DNA of 64,000 nucleotides from Patescibacteria group bacterium (GCA_041661505.1 JBAZUF010000003.1:74772-138771); one strand, 5' to 3'; shown: positions 54,325 through 61,585, counted from the first letter of the stretch. The notes: generated by a model from the letters alone, not told the origin. A program made the numbers and translations.

Positions 54325-54942
54325 ATGAGGGTACTCTTATTCGCTCTAACCGGTTTTGGCAATAAAGTGATTGACGCGTTATTAGCCGAAGACTGTGAAC
54401 TAAAATATTTGTATACCCGTCCTGAAGCCGGGCCTTTTCCTTTTTATGAAGAAAAAAATATTTCCCAATACGCCGAAGAGTTAGGTATAAAGGCCGTTGA
54501 TGATTTTAACTGGGAAGACGTAAAAAAAGTGATTAGCGGCTACTCGCCTGAACTTTTGCTGGTTGCGTCTTTTCACCGGGTGATTCCGGAAGAAATTATC
54601 AAGCTAGTGCCTTTTTGCGTTAATTTTCACCCTTCTCTTCTTCCTAAATACCGAGGCCCGACGCCGATTGACTGGGTAATTTTCAATAAAGAAAAAAAAA
54701 CCGGAATAACCGCCCACTGGCTTACTAAAGGGCTGGACGAGGGAGATATCTTAATACAAAACGAGCTTTTAATAGAGGAAGGCGAGACCAAGAATGGCTT
54801 ATTCGAAAAATTAGCGATTTTAGCGGCCAAAACCAGCCGGCAGACTGTAAGAAAATTAAAAAGCGGGAATACGAGCGCTACGCCCCAAGACGCGTCCCAG
54901 GCTACGTATCAGCCTCGTTTTGACGCTAATCAAATAAAATGA
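54325..54942 (+). CDS. Formyltransferase (Fmt/PurN-like N-terminal domain only)
   Basis: MRVLLFALTGFGN, FHPSLLPKYRGPTPIDW, GITAHWLTKGLDEGDIL. The track start 54313 is a TTG inside pseI, so ATG 54325 is used. Confidence 0.7.
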   Translation: MRVLLFALTGFGNKVIDALLAEDCELKYLYTRPEAGPFPFYEEKNISQYAEELGIKAVDDFNWEDVKKVISGYSPELLLVASFHRVIPEEIIKLVPFCVNFHPSLLPKYRGPTPIDWVIFNKEKKTGITAHWLTKGLDEGDILIQNELLIEEGETKNGLFEKLAILAAKTSRQTVRKLKSGNTSATPQDASQATYQPRFDANQIK

Positions 54943-55700
54943 TCAAACGCGGTTTAAAACTTTGGACAACTAACCAGGGAGAAGTAATATCCGAAGCCAA
55001 GGAGTTATTAGACCTTGGCAGGGTTGATTTTTTAGAATTATATTACCATCCCGATTCAAAAGATTGGTCGAGATTTAAAATTTTCCGGGGAAAAATGGTT
55101 ACAATCCATGCCACCCATTACGACCACGGGTTTGATTTAATGTCGTTAAACGAGGGAATGCTGGAGATCTATAAGGATAAGATTTTGCCCTTGGCCGATT
55201 ATTTCGAGTCGCCCTATATCATCCTTCACCCAGGCGTGCGCGGCAATAAGGAGAAATTTTCAGCTAACCTGGATAGGCTATACGACCAAAGGCTGATAAT
55301 TGAGAATATGCCGAAAGTTTCTCTGGACGGGCAGAATTTTTTCGGCTATTCCTTGGATGAGTTAAAGTGGATAAAGGAAGAAAAAGAGATAAATTTTTGC
55401 CTGGATATCCCCCACGCGATTGTAAGCGCCAACCGCCAGAATATTGATTATAAGAAATTCATTGATGACTTGGCGCTGGAATTAAAGCCCGCGTATTTTC
55501 ATATCAGCGGCGTCAATATTAAATCAAAAAAGGACGAGCATTTAAATCTTTGGGAAGCCGATTTTGATTTAGCCTGGGTAAAATCAACCCTGGAAAAAGA
55601 GGCGGAAAATAAAGAAGTCTTTTTAGTATTCGAAGTGCCCAAAGTCGGAGCCAGCCTTAAAAATGATTTAAAGAATATTGAGTATTTTAGAGATATTTAG
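54939..55700 (+). CDS. Xylose-isomerase-like TIM-barrel protein (sugar-phosphate isomerase/epimerase-like)
   Basis: 253 aa. Alternating beta-alpha pattern with His/Glu/Asp at strand ends (FLELYYH, IHATH, IILHPG, IIENM, LDIPH, FHISG). Last gene of the + strand block. Confidence 0.45.
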   Translation: MIKRGLKLWTTNQGEVISEAKELLDLGRVDFLELYYHPDSKDWSRFKIFRGKMVTIHATHYDHGFDLMSLNEGMLEIYKDKILPLADYFESPYIILHPGVRGNKEKFSANLDRLYDQRLIIENMPKVSLDGQNFFGYSLDELKWIKEEKEINFCLDIPHAIVSANRQNIDYKKFIDDLALELKPAYFHISGVNIKSKKDEHLNLWEADFDLAWVKSTLEKEAENKEVFLVFEVPKVGASLKNDLKNIEYFRDI

Positions 55701-55772
55701 GGCAAAAAAATTATAAAAAAACTTTATTGCGGCAGAAATGTTTAACCCGCGGCCTAGATAGGTCCCGAGCCA

Positions 55773-57125
55773 TTACCGCCCGCCGCGGGATAAGACCGTA
55801 GCGATGGTTTTTAGAAGAATGGACAGGTCCAAATAGATGGACTTGTTTTTTATATAGAAGAGATCATATTGGAGTTTTTTTAAGCTATCCTCGTAAGAAG
55901 GCGAATGGTATTCGCCGGAAATCTGGTCCCAGCCGGTAACCCCGGGCTTAACCAGCATCCGTTCCCGGTAAAAAGGAATCTTTTTTTCGAGCTCCGAAAT
56001 TAATTCCGGCCGTTCGGGGCGGGGGCCGACAAAACTCATCTCGCCCCAAAGGATGTTAATCGCCTGGGGAATTTCGTCAATCCGAGTTTTTCGCATGAAC
56101 CTTCCGAACCGGGTCACCCGCGGGTCGTCAGCTTTGGTAGGCGAGCGGTCATTGCCTTCTTCGATCATGGAACGGAATTTAAGCATTCGGAATTCTTTAC
56201 CGTTTTTTCCGGCTCTGGGCATCCGGATAAAAACCGGCCCCCGGCTTTCTAGTTTGATGATTATGGCGATTAAAAGCCAAAAAGGAAGAGTGGCGATTAA
56301 GATGGCAAGCGCCAGAAGCATGTCATAAGCCCTTTTTTGCCAGTCAAACCAATTTTTTCTGCCTTCGCTTAAATTTTCTAAAAACCACATTTGGCTGATT
56401 TCCTCCAGCGGGACTTTGCCGGTAAGCTGTTCGTAAAAATTAGCAAGGCTTACGTATTTAATATTTAAGGGCAGGCAGTCAAAAAGCGCCGCCCGCAGGC
56501 CATCGGACTCATAAGGATTGGATGCAAAAATCAAAGTGGAAATTTTGTAATCCAGCGCCGCGCTTTTCAGCTGGGTGATGTCTTTTAAAGAGGGGATGCC
56601 GGGCTGTCCCGCGCCTCCGTCGACAATAAATTTTATTTCAAAGCCAAGTTGCGGCCGGGCGGAAAACAGTCCGATTAATTCCTTGGCCTGATTTGATAAG
56701 CCGATTAAAGCCAGATTATTTTTCGGCAATTGGGATTTTAAAAGCCAATTATAAATCCGGCGCCAAAGAATAAAGACCAGGACATAGATAACGATAAAAA
56801 GAAGGAGATTTCTTTTGGGAGAAATTCCGACGGCCGGCATGGCATAAAAGAATCCGACAGAGAGGAGGGAAGCAATTCCAAGGCTCTGGAACATTTTCCG
56901 GTAAAGCTGGGCGCTGTTCACGGCGGCGTATAAGTCATAAAGTCCGGAGATGTAAAAAATCAGCACCCAGCCAAAAAACATAAAGCTAAAAGGGGCGAAG
57001 TGGGCTTGCCAGATGTTCTCGGTCGGGAGCGCCAAATACCGCAGACCCAAGGCTAGATACAGGGCCAGATAAAGAAACAGGATGTCGCCGAAAAGGAGGA
57101 CAAATTTTTTAAAACGAGTATTCAT
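55773..57125 (-). CDS. Polyprenyl-phosphate glycosyl-1-phosphate transferase (WbaP/PglC-type bacterial sugar transferase)
   Basis: Four N-terminal TM helices, a central Rossmann-like linker, and the C-terminal catalytic domain LKFRSM, DEIPQAINILWGEMSFVGPRPERP, KPGVTGWDQI. Confidence 0.8.
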   Translation of the reverse strand: MNTRFKKFVLLFGDILFLYLALYLALGLRYLALPTENIWQAHFAPFSFMFFGWVLIFYISGLYDLYAAVNSAQLYRKMFQSLGIASLLSVGFFYAMPAVGISPKRNLLLFIVIYVLVFILWRRIYNWLLKSQLPKNNLALIGLSNQAKELIGLFSARPQLGFEIKFIVDGGAGQPGIPSLKDITQLKSAALDYKISTLIFASNPYESDGLRAALFDCLPLNIKYVSLANFYEQLTGKVPLEEISQMWFLENLSEGRKNWFDWQKRAYDMLLALAILIATLPFWLLIAIIIKLESRGPVFIRMPRAGKNGKEFRMLKFRSMIEEGNDRSPTKADDPRVTRFGRFMRKTRIDEIPQAINILWGEMSFVGPRPERPELISELEKKIPFYRERMLVKPGVTGWDQISGEYHSPSYEDSLKKLQYDLFYIKNKSIYLDLSILLKTIATVLSRGGR

Positions 57126-57131
57126 GCCCTT

Positions 57132-57160
57132 AAATTACCATGTTTTTGGCTAAAAATCAA
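57132..57160 (-). promoter_or_regulatory. Promoter TTGATT-N17-TAATTT placed 6 nt before ATG 57125 (leaderless geometry)
   Basis: Minus-strand reading: TTGATT (57160-57155), 17-nt spacer, TAATTT (57137-57132), AAGGGC, ATG. Confidence 0.5.
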
Positions 57161-57208
57161 GGATATTTGGCGCCTGCCAGCCAGGGCTAAAAAGGCGGTC
57201 TTTAGCTC

Positions 57209-57237
57209 TTGACTTATTTCTTAAAATATTTTAAAGT
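57209..57237 (+). promoter_or_regulatory. Additional promoter-like element TTGACT-N17-TAAAGT in the divergent spacer
   Basis: Hexamers read at 57209-14 and 57232-37. It would give a leader of about 120 nt for holB, or an unannotated short transcript. Confidence 0.3.
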
Positions 57238-57331
57238 AGAGTGTTTATATCCCAAGAGACTGGGGTGTAATGTGTTCGCTTAAAAAAAGCAAAAATTTAA
57301 GGCAAAACCTTTTAGTCCTGCTAAAAATGAA

Positions 57332-57360
57332 TTGAAAAACGGCGGGTCGGATGCTACACT
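57332..57360 (+). promoter_or_regulatory. Promoter TTGAAA-N17-(TGc)TACACT placed 6 nt before ATG 57367 (leaderless geometry)
   Basis: -35 at 57332-37, TG extension at 57352-53, -10 at 57355-60, then GAATTT and the ATG of holB. Confidence 0.55.
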
Positions 57361-57366
57361 GAATTT

Positions 57367-58476
57367 ATGCCAAAAACAAAAGACGCAACAAATTGGCCCC
57401 TGGTGGGCAATGAAAAGGTCGGAAATTTTCTTTTAAAAAGCCTCCTAAAAGGAAGCCTTTCCGGCGCTTATATCTTTTCCGGCCCGGGCGATTTAGGGAA
57501 AACCACGGCCGCCAAATTTTTCGCCAAAGTTTTACTTTGCGAAAATGTTTCCAAACCGAATGCCAAACTGCCCTGCGAGATTTGCCCGTCCTGCAAAAAA
57601 ATGGATATCACCCCCCGCTCCGAGGGCAGGGGAAAATCCGGGCAAGACGGGAGGAAGGGCGAAGTCCGGGAAAAAGAGAAAATCGACCTGTCCGGCCGGC
57701 ACGGAGATTTGCTTATTATAAAAAAAGATCCGGAGAAAAAGAATATCTCCATCGGGCAAATCCGGGAGTTTATAAGAAGGATGAGCCTTGGGTCATTTTT
57801 AGGCAACTACAAAGTAGGAATAATAAAGGACGCGGATTATTTGAGCCAGGAAGCTTCAAACGCCCTTTTGAAAATTTTGGAAGAGCCGAAGAAAAAAGTC
57901 GTAATTATTCTTACGGCGGCGGATCTGGATAAAATTTTGCCGACCATAATCTCCCGATGCCAGGTTCTTAATTTTTCTCCGGTGAAAGCCAGCCTGATTC
58001 ATGACTACCTGATCAAAGAGCGGGGCATCGGAAGAAGCCAGGCGAAAAATCTTTCCCGGCTGTCCTTAGGCCGTCCGGCCTTGGCCTTAAAATTCCTTGA
58101 AGGAAAAAATTTTCAGGATGAATATTTGAAAGTCGCCGGTTCGTTTTTAAGAATCTTGCCGGCCGATTTAAACGAACGCCTCCGGGAAGTTGACGGCTGC
58201 TTTAAAAAGAAAGAAACCGGCCAAGATTTGGTTAAGTCTGCCGAACGGATTCTCGATATCTGGCAGGGCCTGGCGCGCGATTTGATTTTAGAGGAGCGCG
58301 GCTTAAGCGACTTAATCCAGCACGAAGCCTTAATCGACGAAATCCGGGCGGCGAGAAAGCATTTAGACTTATTAAAATTAACAAAACTTCTGGCCCAGAT
58401 AAAAAGAGGGCGGGAATATATAAACGCTAACGTTAATCCAAAGCTTGTCCTGGAAGAAATCGTTATCAATATTTAA
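57367..58476 (+). CDS. holB: DNA polymerase III delta-prime subunit with a charged insertion
   Basis: YIFSGPGDLGKTTAAKFFAKVLLC, CEICPSCKK zinc module, H-G-D, ILEEP, TIISRCQVLNF. Roughly 25-30 extra G/R/K/E-rich residues sit between the zinc module and HGD. Confidence 0.7.
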   Translation: MPKTKDATNWPLVGNEKVGNFLLKSLLKGSLSGAYIFSGPGDLGKTTAAKFFAKVLLCENVSKPNAKLPCEICPSCKKMDITPRSEGRGKSGQDGRKGEVREKEKIDLSGRHGDLLIIKKDPEKKNISIGQIREFIRRMSLGSFLGNYKVGIIKDADYLSQEASNALLKILEEPKKKVVIILTAADLDKILPTIISRCQVLNFSPVKASLIHDYLIKERGIGRSQAKNLSRLSLGRPALALKFLEGKNFQDEYLKVAGSFLRILPADLNERLREVDGCFKKKETGQDLVKSAERILDIWQGLARDLILEERGLSDLIQHEALIDEIRAARKHLDLLKLTKLLAQIKRGREYINANVNPKLVLEEIVINI

Positions 58477-58477
58477 T

Positions 58478-59569
58478 ATGAAATTGGAAGCGAGAAAATA
58501 CAATACAATAATAAAAAGAGGGGCTATGCTTTTGGTATTATCGGGAATGGCAATGTCTCTTTCCGGCTGTTCCGTTGTTTATAATGCCCAAGGGCTTACG
58601 CCTGATAATGACGGCGGAGTTTTTAAATCGGCCAACAAAGGCAATACCTGGGCCCAAAAGACCCTTTTTGCCAGCTTAGCCGGCAAAGCCTTAAACATCC
58701 GGGGACTTGACGTCAATACCTTGGAAATGGATCCCAGCGACCCTTTGACCCTTTACCTCGGCAGTTTGGAAAACGGCCTTTATTATACTTATGACCAGGG
58801 CGAAACTTGGCAGGCTTCAGGCCGGCTAGGTAAAATTAAGGTTAATTCATTAGCCGTTGATCCAAACTCTAAGTGCGTCCTTTACGCCGCCACTCAAAAT
58901 CAGCTATATAAATCCACTGACTGCGGCCGTTTTTGGGATCAGGCCTATTTTGATAATGACCCGAGCATCCAGGTGAGCTCGGTAGCGGTAAATCCCGGCC
59001 AAAGCGCCCAGATTTTTATCGCAACCAGCCGCGGAGAGGTAATTAAGAGTGCTGACGCGGGAAAAACCTGGCGGACCGCCGGCCGGCTGGAAAAGAATAT
59101 TTTAAAAATCGTTATCAGCCCCCAGAGCCCGAATATTATTTTTGCCGGTACAGCCAGCAACGGCCTTTTCCGGTCAAAGGACTATGGTGAAAGCTGGGAA
59201 AACTTAAACAGCCGGTTAAAGGAATTCCAGGACAATAATCAGTTTAGGGACTTGTCTTTTAGCCGTTCCGACTCCGGTACAGTGTTTTTGGCCAATCATT
59301 ACGGCCTGTTAAAATCAACCGACAATGGCGATAACTGGACTAATATAAAACTGATTACGCCGAAGGAGGCCGCTACCATTAACGCCATCGCCGTTAATCC
59401 GGCGAAATCAAGCGAATTATATTACGTCACTAATACTACTTTCTACCACTCGACTGACGGCGGCGAAAACTGGTCTTCAAAAAAACTGCCTGGAAGCCGC
59501 ATGGGCTGGAAGCTCGTAATTGATCCTGATAATCCGAACACCGTCTATCTGGGAATGAAAAAGAAGTAA
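58478..59569 (+). CDS. Lipoprotein with seven BNR/Asp-box repeats (beta-propeller, Ycf48/sortilin-like)
   Basis: Signal peptide plus lipobox LVLSGMAMSLSGC. Repeats: KSANKGNTW, YTYDQGETW, KSTDCGRFW, KSADAGKTW, RSKDYGESW, KSTDNGDNW, HSTDGGENW. The track start is a TTG inside holB, so ATG 58478 is used. Confidence 0.65.
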   Translation: MKLEARKYNTIIKRGAMLLVLSGMAMSLSGCSVVYNAQGLTPDNDGGVFKSANKGNTWAQKTLFASLAGKALNIRGLDVNTLEMDPSDPLTLYLGSLENGLYYTYDQGETWQASGRLGKIKVNSLAVDPNSKCVLYAATQNQLYKSTDCGRFWDQAYFDNDPSIQVSSVAVNPGQSAQIFIATSRGEVIKSADAGKTWRTAGRLEKNILKIVISPQSPNIIFAGTASNGLFRSKDYGESWENLNSRLKEFQDNNQFRDLSFSRSDSGTVFLANHYGLLKSTDNGDNWTNIKLITPKEAATINAIAVNPAKSSELYYVTNTTFYHSTDGGENWSSKKLPGSRMGWKLVIDPDNPNTVYLGMKKK

Positions 59570-59610
59570 TGGTATAATGTTAATGGTCGGTTAATAATTA
59601 ATTATTATGA

Positions 59611-59628
59611 TTATATCCCGGGATATAA
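59611..59628. promoter_or_regulatory. Perfect 18-bp palindrome TTATATCCCGGGATATAA overlapping a TATAAT hexamer
   Basis: Self-complementary as read. TATAAT at 59624-59629 lies upstream of frr. A second TATAAT is at 59573-59578. Confidence 0.45.
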
Positions 59629-59641
59629 TCTCATTCGCTTG

Positions 59642-59657
59642 CCCCGCGAAGACGGGG
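59642..59657 (+). other. Stem-loop ending 16 nt before ATG 59674 (frr)
   Basis: CCCCG-CGAAGA-CGGGG. Confidence 0.4.
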
Positions 59658-59673
59658 TTCGCCCATATCAATT

Positions 59674-60228
59674 ATGAACAACCATATCCAGGCCAAGCAA
59701 GGCGATCTAAAGAGCGCTATCGAATTTTTCAAAAAGGACATTTCCAACTTAAGGACCGGACGGGCCAACCCCTCAATTTTTGACGCGGTGGTGGTTGAGG
59801 CTTACGGGGTAAAAACTCCGATTGCCGGGCTGGCAAGCATTACAATTTCTGACGCTAAAAGCTTGGTCGTTTCCCCTTGGGACAAAAATGTTTTAAAAGA
59901 TCTGGAGAAAGCCATCGTCGAAGCCAGCCTCGGCGTCGGCGTGGTCAATGAAGGCGACAAAATCCGGGTCAGCATTCCTTTAATGACTGAAGAGAACCGC
60001 AAAGACCTGGTTAAGAAATTAAATGAAAAGCAGGAAAAAGCCCGCATCGCCTTAAAAAAAGTCCGGGAAGAAATAAAAGATTCTATTGAAGGGGCGCTGG
60101 GTAAAAAGGAAATCTCCGAAGACGAACGCTTTAAATTCGTGGCCGAACTGGATGAGATTGTCCGCGATTATAACGAAGAGATAAAAAAGATTCGGGAAGA
60201 AAAAGAAAAAGACATCATGACCATATAA
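59674..60228 (+). CDS. frr: Ribosome recycling factor
   Basis: 184 aa. LRTGRANPSIFD, ITISDAKSLVVSPWDK, PLMTEENRKDLVK. Confidence 0.9.
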   Translation: MNNHIQAKQGDLKSAIEFFKKDISNLRTGRANPSIFDAVVVEAYGVKTPIAGLASITISDAKSLVVSPWDKNVLKDLEKAIVEASLGVGVVNEGDKIRVSIPLMTEENRKDLVKKLNEKQEKARIALKKVREEIKDSIEGALGKKEISEDERFKFVAELDEIVRDYNEEIKKIREEKEKDIMTI

Positions 60229-60256
60229 GCCTGCCGCGCCGTTTTTCGCCGGACCG

Positions 60257-60303
60257 GGCGAGGATCAGCCAATCGCCGCCCTTAGCTAAATAACCCGGCG
60301 ATT
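60257..60303 (+). other. Two mutually exclusive hairpins sharing the TCGCC segment; the distal one ends 17 nt before ATG 60321
   Basis: GGCGA (60257-61) pairs with TCGCC (60273-77). Alternatively AATCGCCG (60271-78) pairs with CGGCGATT (60296-303). Confidence 0.4.
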
Positions 60304-60320
60304 TAATAATCAAAATAAAT

Positions 60321-61523
60321 ATGCTATTTACGATAATTATTTTCATTTTAGTATTGAGCGTTCTGGTTTTTGTCCATGAGTTCGGGCACTTTATCGTCGC
60401 CCGCCGCTTCGGGGTTAAAGCTGAAGAATTCGGCTTCGGCTTTCCGCCGCGGGGCTGGGGAATCTATAAATCGAAAAGCGGCAAATGGAAACAGGTTTTT
60501 GGCAATAAGCCGGTAACCGACGCGGTGGATACGGTTTATTCTTTAAACTGGATTCCCTTGGGAGGCTTCGTAAAAATTAAAGGCGAACTCGGGCCTTCGG
60601 ACGGTTCGGTTCTAGGGGAAGTCCCGGAATTGGATGGCGGCGAAGACAGTTTTTGGAGCAAAAAAATCTGGCAACGGGTGCTAATCATCTCGGCCGGAGT
60701 GATCATGAACGTCATTCTAGCCGCCGTGCTTCTTTCTATCGGTTACGGGATCGGCTTACCCCAGGTTTTGGGAGAAAAATTAAGCTCGGGCGCCGTTGTT
60801 ACCGGCGAAAAAATCCAGATTGTGGAAATCATGCCCAAGACTCCGGCCGAAGAAGCGGCGCTGCAAGTCGGCGATATTATTTTATCGGTTGAAGGGAATA
60901 AATTTACCGTTTACGAAGATTTGCAGGCCTTTGTTAATGAACGGCTGGGAAAACCGCTGAATTACAAAATCCAGCGCGGCGGAGAAATTTTTGACCGGCG
61001 GGTTACCCCAAAAATTCTAGGGGAAACCGGAAAGCCGGGTATCGGCGTCGGCATTGCCGAAACCGGTATCGTCAGCTACCCCTGGTACGAAGCGATTTAT
61101 CAGGGAGCCAGAAGCGCTATCGAATTGATCGGCGTCATCATCATCGCTTTCTACGGCCTGATAAAATCGCTTTTGATGCATGAAGCGGTTTCGGGAAATG
61201 TCGCCGGTCCGGTGGGAATCGCGGTATTAACCGGGCAAGTCGCCCGGATGGGATTTGTTTACCTATTGCAGTTTACGGCCCTGCTTTCAATTAATCTGGC
61301 GGTCATTAACTTTTTGCCCATTCCAGCTTTGGACGGCGGCCGGGTGCTTTTCCTTATTATTGAGAAAATAAAAGGCAAGCCGGTCAAGAGGGAATTGGAA
61401 GCTATAATCCACAATATTGGTTTTGTAATATTGATGCTTTTTGTCCTCTTTATCACTTTCCAGGATGTAGCCGGTTTTAAAGACCAATTTATCCATCTTT
61501 GGCAAAGGGTAACGGGACTATAA
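60321..61523 (+). CDS. rseP: RIP metalloprotease RseP (site-2 protease)
   Basis: HEFGHFIVAR (HExxH), PDZ-like GDIILSVEG, NFLPIPALDGG. Confidence 0.85.
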   Translation: MLFTIIIFILVLSVLVFVHEFGHFIVARRFGVKAEEFGFGFPPRGWGIYKSKSGKWKQVFGNKPVTDAVDTVYSLNWIPLGGFVKIKGELGPSDGSVLGEVPELDGGEDSFWSKKIWQRVLIISAGVIMNVILAAVLLSIGYGIGLPQVLGEKLSSGAVVTGEKIQIVEIMPKTPAEEAALQVGDIILSVEGNKFTVYEDLQAFVNERLGKPLNYKIQRGGEIFDRRVTPKILGETGKPGIGVGIAETGIVSYPWYEAIYQGARSAIELIGVIIIAFYGLIKSLLMHEAVSGNVAGPVGIAVLTGQVARMGFVYLLQFTALLSINLAVINFLPIPALDGGRVLFLIIEKIKGKPVKRELEAIIHNIGFVILMLFVLFITFQDVAGFKDQFIHLWQRVTGL

Positions 61524-61550
61524 TTTTAAGCTTACTTTAGTCAGAAATGA

Positions 61551-61579
61551 TTGATTTGCGGGTAAGAATGATATAGAAT
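61551..61579 (+). promoter_or_regulatory. Promoter TTGATT-N17-TAGAAT placed 6 nt before ATG 61586 (leaderless geometry)
   Basis: -35 at 61551-56, -10 at 61574-79, then GTATAT and the ATG. Confidence 0.55.
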
Positions 61580-61585
61580 GTATAT

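Noticed and set aside
1-57125. The glycan island considered as a recently acquired mobile genomic island.
   Set aside because: There is no integrase, transposase, flanking tRNA or direct repeats in the window. Base composition and start-codon context look the same as in the adjacent housekeeping genes, judged by eye only.
57468-57932. Three overlapping ORFs (two minus strand, one plus strand in another frame) across the 5-prime third of holB, which could suggest an embedded gene.
   Set aside because: They coincide with the purine/GC-rich insertion in holB. The holB frame carries the P-loop, zinc-module and SRC motifs continuously. The alternative products are R/G/P-rich nonsense.
58478-59569. 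The BNR-repeat protein considered as a sialidase acting on the island's product.
   Set aside because: Asp-boxes alone are not diagnostic, and I could not find a FRIP motif or an obvious Arg triad. It is kept only as a low-interest hypothesis.
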